From Geosiphon pyriformis uo1 (lineage: Eukaryota > Fungi > Glomeromycota), in assembly GCA_016748015.1 (NCBI GenBank), contig JAAOMT010000108.1:1-11215 (forward strand): 11,215 nt of DNA, written 5' to 3'. The number at the start of each line of letters is the position of its first letter. Position 1 is the first letter of the stretch. Below, one piece after another: positions 1-9,316 of this stretch. A model generated the notes under the pieces. The model saw nothing but the letters and a program-made list of their open reading frames with translations, did no database searches and was not told the origin of the DNA. The position numbers were made by a program, and so were the translations under genes.

Positions 1-107
1 GTAGAGTAGATACCAGGGGGTCTAAGTAGGCTAACACTGTAAAGGGATTCGAACATAATCATAGGAACAACTAAGGAGGGACACATACAACTACTGTCAA
101 CCAGACG

Positions 108-389
108 TTAGGGCATGGAGAATCCACTAATAGCAGGAACTAAGGACCAGGGTCATAGAACTCTTACAGCCAAACGAATATGGAGCCAAACAGCTAAGGG
201 ACCGTAACTAAGATATGCAACAGCCAAGTAGCGTAGGGAAGTAAGGGAGGGGTCATAAAGTAGAGGCGTCAATCTAGCCAACATTTGTCTTAAACTCAAA
301 CAACGGGTGGTAGAATCAATAGACACATGGGATCATACCAACAGTATTAGGTAAGAAGGGTCAATTACACTGATTCGGGAAATTCCCAT
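108..389 (-). CDS. 93-aa ORF visible only if TGA=Trp (copy 1)
   Basis: ATG at 389-387, TAA at 110-108, internal TGA at 335-333 and 155-153. No family recognised. Confidence 0.25.
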
Positions 390-1064
390 ATTCGAAAGGA
401 CCTAAACCAACCTACGGGACACTATAAAGGGAGAGGCTCCAGGATACGAAATGGGGTAGAAAGGGGGTGGTTAAAATCGATCTAGCTCTATACATAAGGA
501 AACAACTTACAACCCAACCTCATACCGTAATATCCCAGGACCAACCTCTCAGAGCACTACCAATCAGGGAGTAAGGATAGAGAGTAGAGAGGGGGGGGTC
601 TCAAATTCAGATGCCATAAAGAATATCCCAAAATACAGCACCATCCCCTACTAGACCCCTACAAATACCCGACCATTCAAACAGATATCAGAACTGGGAC
701 TTTGTTTTTGGGGGAGCTTGAGTAGCACAAGAAGTAATCGTAGGAGTAGACTAATAGGGCTAATAGCTACCAAGATGGGGGCTCAATAGCTACAAGGAGT
801 AACCACACAAAGCGGCAATTGACATAGCGCTAACAGGGTCCCGTATAAGTAGAAATTACCAACCTAAAATCCTTCTAAATAAACAAGAGACCAATGACTC
901 TAAACAGATATCCAAATCAAAATAAAGTAACCGGACCTAAGGATCCAACAGGTACCCAACCTACGTCCCACAACCAAGTATCAGTACCTCCCATAACAGT
1001 AAACGCCCCCAACGTACCCCAGCATACACCAACCACCTACCAAATCTACACCTCCCGGACAGGT

Positions 1065-1379
1065 CTACGTATCCACCCGGGACCCACGAACCCCAACCAA
1101 CTCCCCATACAAACCCAGGATACGTAAACCACGGACCCAGGGATACCGTAACGCGTCCACGCGTACCCCCCCGTAGATCCGCCCGACGGGGTCCAGCAGG
1201 AGGGACAGGTACGCCAGTCCCCAGAAAGCGGACTGTCCAGGCCTAAAGGTGCAAAACAGGTACAAAACCCACGCAATACAGACACCAGTATACGCCACCC
1301 CACACCCAAATCCAAGCATGCCGCGTAACCAAATCTCCGCACAGCCCCCCCAATCGGCGTCGACTATCCTACCATCCAC
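1065..1379 (-). CDS. 104-aa hydrophobic ORF with weak cytochrome b-like motif (possible gene fragment)
   Basis: TGVCIAWVLYLFCTFRPGQSAFWGLAYLSLLL resembles the Cob segment W-x-x-GV...LPWGQMSFWGATVITNLL, but the spacing is shorter and no haem-ligand His is present. Confidence 0.22.
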   Translation of the reverse strand: MDGRIVDADWGGCAEIWLRGMLGFGCGVAYTGVCIAWVLYLFCTFRPGQSAFWGLAYLSLLLDPVGRIYGGVRVDALRYPWVRGLRILGLYGELVGVRGSRVDT

Positions 1380-1427
1380 CCCAACTCGCCTCCAGGCCCA
1401 AAGCCAACATCACTATTAGAAGCCATG

Positions 1428-1625
1428 TTAACCCCACCAACTAAACACCACAATAAACCCACGGGACCAAAGAAGCAGTTTGGGATACACAACCAATTTC
1501 CAACAGGATAACCATCACCAACAAATCTCAACATCTATTACACCACCACAGCCCCATAAGTACAACTACAAATATAGAGTGGGACAGATCAACAAACCAC
1601 ATAAACCAGATGCCAAACCTATCAT
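1428..1625 (-). CDS. Possible Nad3-like fragment (needs TGA=Trp and read-through of one TAG); copy at 9365-9562
   Basis: Manual translation gives MIGLASGLCGLLICPTLYL*LYLWGCGGVIDVEICWWWLSCWKLVVYPKLLLWSRGFIVVFSWWG-TAA. CG...DVEI recalls the Nad3 ECGF...FD(V/L)EI signature, but there is an in-frame TAG at 1566-1568. Confidence 0.18.
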
Positions 1626-1692
1626 GGGTACCCATCAGCAAGTGGGTAACAAGCATAGACCATCAAGACTACCCCCAAAGACAGACCCAAAT

Positions 1693-2262
1693 CTAGGGGG
1701 TAAACACCCACAACAACAACCACAACCACCATCATCGGGGGAGGGCAGAGATTGGACAAGGGAGAGACAAGGGGTGGGGAGGTGAGAGGATGGACGGGTA
1801 AAGGTGATCACTGATCCCAGTGAACCACATGATGTACCCCCAAGAGTGGAATTGGTAGGATGGTAGGATGTAAAGGGGATGTGAGGGGATCTGGGGTATG
1901 CCGCACACCCACCCAAACAGAAGCGGGACGATGGGAGTCGCGACAGATACGAAAGGGGGGAAATAGTATAGGCCGATAGTAAATGGAGGAGATGCCGAGA
2001 TCGCCCGCCAACCCCACCTAAAGATCCGAACCCCCAACCCTAAATCACAAAACCGGGGGGAAGCCAAGGGGAGGATCCCTTTATCCCAGAGGACCATCAG
2101 GTGCCCCACAACAGAGCAAATATGGAGAATGGGGGGTGAGAGGTAATATGGGTGGATGCCGCAACCTAACTGGGGAAATCACCGCCTATAGCTCCCCCCT
2201 CAGAAATTGGGGGGGGCAGAAGGGGGGGAGTAGTAAAGAGGACCATTATCCCCAGATTCCCT
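1693..2262 (-). CDS. 189-codon Pro/aromatic-rich open frame under TGA=Trp (extends track ORF 1732-2109); copy at 9630-10199
   Basis: There is no TAA or TAG between the TAA at 2263-2265 and the TAG at 1693-1695, and TGA occurs at 2200, 2179 and 1732. The frame begins at the cassette edge. Stops are scarce here in all frames, so support is weak. Confidence 0.2.
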
Positions 2263-2264
2263 TT

Positions 2265-5200
2265 AGCCCTAAATAGTAACAAGATCAAGGGGAGTCCCCT
2301 CTATACCCATGTAGTACTCTAGGAGAGTTATGTAGTATACAATATAGCCCTATAGAAGTGATACCTATATCCCTATTCTACAAATATACCAAGAGTCCCC
2401 CTCAGAGAGTGTAGTACAAAGTAGAGCAACACTTATACCCTTTTAGAAGTAGGGTAATAGCAAATAGAACACAATCCTCATCTGGCCTATTCAACGACTA
2501 TATAGAAGGATCCTAGTAGGTACCCTATGTAGAGTACTAGAGTATCACTCTAGAGTATGATCCTATCCCTTTATACCCATAAATCTAGAGTCCACTATGT
2601 AGTCCACTAGTCTACCATCTCCTAAGATCCCCCACTACAGAGGAAAACTAGGTAGGATCACTCAGGAGAGTGGATAGATAGTAGTCACGAATAGAGGAGT
2701 CCCTAGAGTAATAGTGTTAGACCCTCAGGAGTATTACCCTTATACCTATAGAGACCAGTATAGAGTCCACTAGGGTATCCAATAGGGTTAGATCAAAGAT
2801 TTCTAGAGAGTACCGGGAGTCCCCTATATATCCCGGATCCCTTGTAGAGTAAAACCAGTGTATAATCCCAGGTAGTCATAGTATATATACTACCCAACCC
2901 ATAGTCTACCTAGTGTCCCTAATAGTCCCAAGATGGAGTACTAGTATATAGAGACTACCATTATTACCATCCGCCCACTTCACTCGTAGTCCACTTGAGA
3001 GTACCATTATACCATTCGAGGACCATCTAGCCGGAGACCCATATCCTAATATAGAGTATAATCACAAATGTAGTCACCATAGAGAGTAGTACCATATCCC
3101 CTATATAGTAACTAGGAAGAATTCAATACCTAATTAACATACTACCCTAGAGTCTCGTTACCACAAAGATAGTCCACAGTATCCGACCTTTAGAGTAGAG
3201 TACCATATTACCAGACCCAAATAGTAAAAGATCTCCATTTTAGAGTACCTATATAGTCCTATTCTACCTATTGAGTCTCTAAAGTAAAGGTCCCAGAGTA
3301 GGATCCTTCTGGAGTGTATCCAAATGGAGTACTCAATATCCCCATATCCATCTAGAGGTGGAATACTGATGATAGTACCAATGGACCTTAAAGAGTCCTC
3401 AGTAGTACCCAAATGAGTACCTTAATAACCTCTAGATCCTAGTGTAATACCAAATATAACCCCTATGGAGTACCTATACCACTATAGTCCCTATATCCAT
3501 ATAGAGTAGTATCTCAGTCTACCATTAATACCTTCTAGTCCCTCAAGAGTCCCCTATCTAATTCCTAGTGTAATACCCTAATATGAGTCCATTGCCTGTC
3601 TACAAATGGAGTACCCATAATAGTAGAGCCTGTTAAGAGTACCATCTGAGGGTCATATACCTAGTATCCAACCAATCTACTTATAGTCCCTATTATAACC
3701 AAGAGTCCCCTCTAGAGTACCAGTAGTACCAGATATCTCTTCTAACCCTAGATAGAGAGTCCACTATATAGTTATATTCTACAAATGGAGTCCCTATATA
3801 TCCTCTAGTCCCCAATAGTACCCTATAGTCCCTATCTATCCCCAATCTAGTACCATATCACAAATAGTCCCTAGTAGGATCCAATAGACAAGGAAGAGGA
3901 GGGGGGAGTGGGTAAGATCACCAAATAGTCCGAAAATCTACCAGATAGTCCCTAATAGAGTAGTAGTATCCAATAGACCAGTACCCTATTCACTAGTCAT
4001 ACCTAGATACCCATCAAGTCACCTAATATCGTCCCATTGTATAGCCCTATGGCAGAGTACCTATTAGACCCATAATACCCAAATCTACCCTATAGAGGAC
4101 CTATCTAGCCCTATGGAGTCCCTGTAGTACCTGAGTACTGGGGTAGTATCACAATCTAGCCTGTAGAGTCAGATATTAGAGTACAACTTGAGTAGAGTCC
4201 CTATTATACCATTCTAACCCAGTATATAGAGTACCATTAGGGTAATATCCCTAGCCCTATAGAGTAGTGTCCCTAGAGAGACCAATAAAGAAGGATCCAG
4301 TATACCAAATCTAACCCTATGGAGTATTCAATATCCCTAGTCTAGAGTCCCTATTCAAGAGTCCACTAAATACCTATCTACCTTTTATAGAAGAATGGAG
4401 GTACCTAGTATACCATATACCCTATGTAGAGCACCCATAGTGGAGAGGAGTGTATAACCAGTAGACTATAGTCCATATGTAGGACCTTTAGGAGAGTATC
4501 CAGTATATCACTAGATAGCCCTGTGAGAGTACCAGTAGTACCAAATCTAGCCTCTAGAGTCCCCAGAGGGAGTCAGATAGCACAAAAGATAGTCCCAGAG
4601 TGGGGAGTATCAAGGTATCCCTCTACCCAATAGAGTCTAGTAGAGTACCCAATCTAGCAAATGTAGTCCCTATGCCATATACCCAATATTCTTCTAGTAG
4701 AACCATTTGAGAGTCCCTAATAGAGTAGAGTACCTAGGAGTATCATTATCCACTCTATACAAAATCGAGTATCTAGTATCCCTAAGATAGTCCCATTTGA
4801 GATAGTACCTAGGATGCCTATAGTAGGATCCCTAAAGACCTATCCAACTCTCTACCCAGTATCCCATATAGCCCAATAGATAGTCCCTAGCAGTAGAGTC
4901 CCTAAGAGTGATAACCCTTATCCTATAGCCCAATCTACCAATATACCTAATAGAGTACCCAATCTACCAGAGAGCCACTAATAGAGAGTACCCAATAGGG
5001 GTAGGATAGGATAGATCAATCTCCCAAATAGAGTCCCTAAGAGTATCACTAGGATAGTAAAACTCTACCCAATCTACCAATCTAGCCCAATATACCAAAT
5101 AGAGTATTCTAGAGTCATACCTTTATCCCCCAATCTACCACTATTTAGTCCACATAGAGTACCTAGAGTACCAGTAGCAAATAGAGTACCCTTAGACCTT

Positions 5201-7804
5201 TAGATGAGAGTACAGTGGTTCTAGAGTACCTGGAGAGTTAGAGTCCTAGTGTAATACCCATAGAGTACCTAGTATCCAACCAGTATGCCCAATATAGTAC
5301 CTATCCCCTAGAGTTACAATTTACCTATGTAGCCAGACGAGAGGACCAAGTAGAGTACAAAAGATAGTCGATAGTCCCTTATAATACCCAAGTCTACCTG
5401 AGTCCATATGTAGAGTCCCAGTAGTACCTATTGTCTAGTATACCAATATTACCATTATACCCTATAGAGTACTAGTAGTAGAAGTCCCCTACAGAGTCCC
5501 TAATCTACCTCTATAGTAGTGTCTACCATCTAGAGTATCACAAATGGATAGAGTCCCCAAATCATAGAGTATAATAGCCTAGTCACACGAGGAGTCCCCA
5601 TATTGTAGAGTAGAGAGGATTCAATAGACCCGATATAGACCTATAGAGTACCATATACCATGAGAGTCCAAATATGCCCTATCAAGTATTCAATAGATCC
5701 TAGAATACCCCAATCATAGTACGTATATCCCAATAGGGCCCTGTATAGAGTAGAGTACCTAGTATAGAACCCAATCAAGAGTCCACTAATAGAGTAGTGT
5801 AGTACAAAAGATACCATGATAGTCCCAGGGGGGTCTAGAGTCTCCAATCTACCACTGGGGGCTACCCTGTCTCCGAGAGTATCCAGTATCCCCTAAATAC
5901 CAAATAGAGTACTAGCAAAATAGAAGGATCCCAAGTATACCAAATAGAGTCCAAACATTGAGTACCCAATAGAGTAGATAGCCAGGTAGTATACCCAGAG
6001 TAGAGTCAAACTAGGGTATACCAAATGGAGTACATTTGAGAGTCCAGTATAAAGTCCCCTATAGTAACCAATGGATAGCCTTTGAATGGAGATGATGATA
6101 GTCCACATAGCCCTTATCTAGGAGTCCTATGTAGAGTCCCTAATGTAATATATGTCTAGAGTACCCATAGATCTCCCAATATCCACCGAGAGTAGAGAGT
6201 ACAAATATACCCTTATAGTCCTCTAGTGTATTACCCTATACCATTTAGAGTGTCTAGTCCTCTAGTCTCTGACTACCCTATCTTACCACTCTCTACAAGA
6301 GCCCTATGTAGTCAGATCCCTATATTACCCTAAAGGGTCTATATACTACCAAATCTAACCTATTGTAGTGTAAGATCCCTAGTGTAGAGAGTCCCTTAGA
6401 GAGTCCACTAGTCTCTATACTACCCAATATTCACTATTTTACCTATCTACCCTCTATAGTCCCAATACATCCAATAGAGTTCCTAGTCACCCGTGTATCC
6501 CTTAGTATCTAGTCCACTATTAGAGTAGTAGACTCCTTTATAGGATTTATACCAATAGTCCCCAATATACCCAAAGAGTATATGTATAGTCCTCTATTAG
6601 AGAAGAATAGTAACTAGTGTACCAAAAAAACAATAGTACCAGTATCTACCCAGTCTAACCATATCCCTCTAGAGTATAGTGTATTTAGTCTACACCTATC
6701 TAGTCCCAGTAGTGTTATACCATAATAGGTCCCTATCTTTACAGTAATTCAGATAGTCCCCAGCAAGGACCTTATATTCACATAGAGTACCAATAGACCA
6801 TTTAGAAGGACTTGTATACCCTATCCCCTATACCAAATAGTACCACGAGTATGGGGTTATCCCTTATACCATATAGCAAAGAGTATATATCAAGTAGGAT
6901 CACTAAGGGAGTAATGCCTATAGTACGAGTCTCTAGAGTATAGTGTCCTACAAATATACCATTACACAAGAGTACCTGTATAGAGTACACTATTATACCT
7001 ACGGAGTAGTGTAATACCATAGAACCCTAAAGATGGGACCTTGTTGGATCCCTAAATATCCAATTCTACCATGAGTCCGCTATTAGACCCTATACCCAAT
7101 CAGCCATCAAGTGGATCCTTAGATATCCCTCTCTCTAGCCAAATAGAGTCCCCAATATAGAGTACAATAGAGCAGTCCCATAAGGGAGAGTCCCCTAATC
7201 TTACCTATATCAACATAGAGTCCTTTGTATAATACCAAATAGAGAGTACTCAATATACACGTGTATAGTAGAGTCCTTAAGATCCTAAATAGATCCTTAT
7301 AGCCAAAACAGTAGTGTAATACTCAATCTCCCAAAATAGGTACCTCCCACCCAGTAGATCCCTAATAACCTATTTGAGTCCCCATTTAGTAGTATCCCAG
7401 GCGTACCAATAGACCCAATGAGCACTAGAGATTACCAATACCACTAAGATACCCAGTACCCTATGGAGTCCCATAGTACAAATATTTAGGAGAGAGTCCA
7501 GTAGTATCCAACAAGTGAGAGGATACCCAATGTAGAGAGTAAAATCCAACTCCTAGATACTAGAGAGTCCATATATCAATGAGGGTAAGATCCCTATACC
7601 TAAACTAGTAAACATGTAGCCTCCAATAGAGTATAGGAGAGTATCTACCCTAAAGAGTACTTTAGTCCCTAATGGTAGAGAATCCCTTGTATACCAAATT
7701 CAATATAGAACCCAGAGAGTATTAGACCCTAGTAGTACCCAGTATAGTCCACAAATCTAACCTATGGAGTAGGATCCTTATGGGCAGTATAACATTATCC
7801 CCTA
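2265..7804. repeat. Non-coding mosaic of short shuffled words (cryptic-simplicity repeat region)
   Basis: Recurrent words include AGAGTACCAGTAGTACCA (3714-3731, 4526-4543), CCTAGTGTAATACC (3438, 3564, 5245), CCCTATGGAGT (3461, 4109, 4315, 7459), CTACAAATGGAGT (3600, 3779) and ACAAAAGATAGTC (4582, 5357), plus very many AGAGTCC and AGAGTAC. No fixed period is visible and the ORF track shows nothing longer than 84 aa. Boundaries are approximate. Confidence 0.9.
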
Positions 7805-8023
7805 TTATAACCCAGTACTACAGGAACCAAGGCCCCCAATAACCATGAACAATATAGGGACCATTGGAGCCATAACCATTAGCAAACTTCTACAAATTAA
7901 GAATCCTAATAAGCTAAACCAAACAACCAAAGCAAATGTAGAGTAGATACCAGGGGGTCTAAGTAGGCTAACACTGTAAAGGGATTCGAACATAATCATA
8001 GGAACAACTAAGGAGGGACACAT
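7805..8023 (-). CDS. 72-aa hydrophobic ORF, or C-terminal part of a longer membrane-protein gene
   Basis: ATG to TAA, with about 2-3 hydrophobic stretches (FALVVWFSLLGFLIC, LLMVMAPMVPILFMVIGG). Its TAA lies about where the word mosaic begins. No family recognised. Confidence 0.35.
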   Translation of the reverse strand: MCPSLVVPMIMFESLYSVSLLRPPGIYSTFALVVWFSLLGFLICRSLLMVMAPMVPILFMVIGGLGSCSTGL

Positions 8024-8044
8024 ACAACTACTGTCAACCAGACG

Positions 8045-8326
8045 TTAGGGCATGGAGAATCCACTAATAGCAGGAACTAAGGACCAGGGTCATAGAACTC
8101 TTACAGCCAAACGAATATGGAGCCAAACAGCTAAGGGACCGTAACTAAGATATGCAACAGCCAAGTAGCGTAGGGAAGTAAGGGAGGGGTCATAAAGTAG
8201 AGGCGTCAATCTAGCCAACATTTGTCTTAAACTCAAACAACGGGTGGTAGAATCAATAGACACATGGGATCATACCAACAGTATTAGGTAAGAAGGGTCA
8301 ATTACACTGATTCGGGAAATTCCCAT
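8045..8326 (-). CDS. 93-aa ORF visible only if TGA=Trp (copy at 108-389)
   Basis: Manual translation gives MGISRISVIDPSYLILLVWSHV...AVWLHIRLAVRVLWPWSLVPAISGFSMP-TAA with two in-frame TGA (333 and 153 in copy 1). It is in the same frame as the 72-aa ORF and ends 21 nt upstream of it. Confidence 0.25.
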
Positions 8327-9001
8327 ATTCGAAAGGACCTAAACCAACCTACGGGACACTATAAAGGGAGAGGCTCCAGGATACGAAATGGGGTAGAAAG
8401 GGGGTGGTTAAAATCGATCTAGCTCTATACATAAGGAAACAACTTACAACCCAACCTCATACCGTAATATCCCAGGACCAACCTCTCAGAGCACTACCAA
8501 TCAGGGAGTAAGGATAGAGAGTAGAGAGGGGGGGGTCTCAAATTCAGATGCCATAAAGAATATCCCAAAATACAGCACCATCCCCTACTAGACCCCTACA
8601 AATACCCGACCATTCAAACAGATATCAGAACTGGGACTTTGTTTTTGGGGGAGCTTGAGTAGCACAAGAAGTAATCGTAGGAGTAGACTAATAGGGCTAA
8701 TAGCTACCAAGATGGGGGCTCAATAGCTACAAGGAGTAACCACACAAAGCGGCAATTGACATAGCGCTAACAGGGTCCCGTATAAGTAGAAATTACCAAC
8801 CTAAAATCCTTCTAAATAAACAAGAGACCAATGACTCTAAACAGATATCCAAATCAAAATAAAGTAACCGGACCTAAGGATCCAACAGGTACCCAACCTA
8901 CGTCCCACAACCAAGTATCAGTACCTCCCATAACAGTAAACGCCCCCAACGTACCCCAGCATACACCAACCACCTACCAAATCTACACCTCCCGGACAGG
9001 T

Positions 9002-9316
9002 CTACGTATCCACCCGGGACCCACGAACCCCAACCAACTCCCCATACAAACCCAGGATACGTAAACCACGGACCCAGGGATACCGTAACGCGTCCACGCG
9101 TACCCCCCCGTAGATCCGCCCGACGGGGTCCAGCAGGAGGGACAGGTACGCCAGTCCCCAGAAAGCGGACTGTCCAGGCCTAAAGGTGCAAAACAGGTAC
9201 AAAACCCACGCAATACAGACACCAGTATACGCCACCCCACACCCAAATCCAAGCATGCCGCGTAACCAAATCTCCGCACAGCCCCCCCAATCGGCGTCGA
9301 CTATCCTACCATCCAC
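9002..9316 (-). CDS. Second copy of the 104-aa hydrophobic ORF
   Basis: Identical translation in the ORF track, at offset 7937. Confidence 0.22.
   Translation of the reverse strand: MDGRIVDADWGGCAEIWLRGMLGFGCGVAYTGVCIAWVLYLFCTFRPGQSAFWGLAYLSLLLDPVGRIYGGVRVDALRYPWVRGLRILGLYGELVGVRGSRVDT

Larger units (their letters stand above)
1..3278 (+). repeat. Long direct repeat, copy 1 (truncated by window start)
   Basis: The sequence at 1 (gtagagtagataccagggggtc) restarts at 7938. All seven ORF-track entries in 894-2109 recur at +7937 with identical translations. The window end (ctacctattgagtct) matches up to 3278. The G8 and G7 runs I spot-checked have the same length in both copies. Confidence 0.98.
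1..7937. other. One complete 7,937-bp monomer of a circular or tandemly repeated element (candidate organellar mini-chromosome)
   Basis: The repeat runs to both window edges. The minus-strand ORF 7805-8023 crosses the 7937/7938 junction uninterrupted, so the junction is not a biological boundary. The mini-chromosome identity is inferred from the architecture of one cassette plus a large repetitive region. Confidence 0.7.

Noticed and set aside
1003-1037. Kinetoplast minicircle CSB-3-like sequence on the minus strand (GGTGGTTGGTGTA versus GGGGTTGGTGTA) and a CSB-1-like GGGGCGTT
   Set aside because: The match is imperfect on a very G/T-rich strand, the CSB-1-like element lies on the wrong side of CSB-3, and there is no convincing CSB-2.
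430-1735. A single intact nad5 gene
   Set aside because: Some motifs appear in the right order, but the spacings disagree (e.g. ~83 codons between the THAFFK-like and PFLxGF-like motifs versus ~52 expected), key residues are missing and stops intervene. No gene symbol was assigned.
894-1785. Plus-strand ORFs 894-1127 and 1480-1785 (and copies 8831-9064, 9417-9722)
   Set aside because: These P/T/Q/N/H-rich products are expected from a T-poor, C/A-rich strand where stops are rare. They are probably antisense shadows.
3158-7020. Minus-strand ORFs of 68-84 aa inside the mosaic (3158, 5641, 5893, 6802)
   Set aside because: They are short translations of the repeat words. TAA falls in all three minus frames early in the region (e.g. 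2433, 2443, 2717), so TAG read-through gives no long ORF there.
2265-7804. CRISPR array or regular tandem satellite
   Set aside because: There is no constant repeat of 23 nt or more, no regular spacing and no cas genes.
2265-7804. Fungal RIP-degraded repeat, or ab initio polymerase/amplification artefact rich in palindromes and GAGTC
   Set aside because: RIP removes CA and TG on both strands, but CA is common here. An artefact is disfavoured because about 1 kb of the mosaic is copied faithfully and joined to a complex cassette, although rolling-circle amplification of a real circle could explain the duplication itself.
1-7937. rDNA unit or papillomavirus-sized viral genome, suggested by the ~7.9-kb length
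   Set aside because: I recognised no conserved SSU or LSU rRNA motifs, and there are no long ORFs for replication or capsid proteins.
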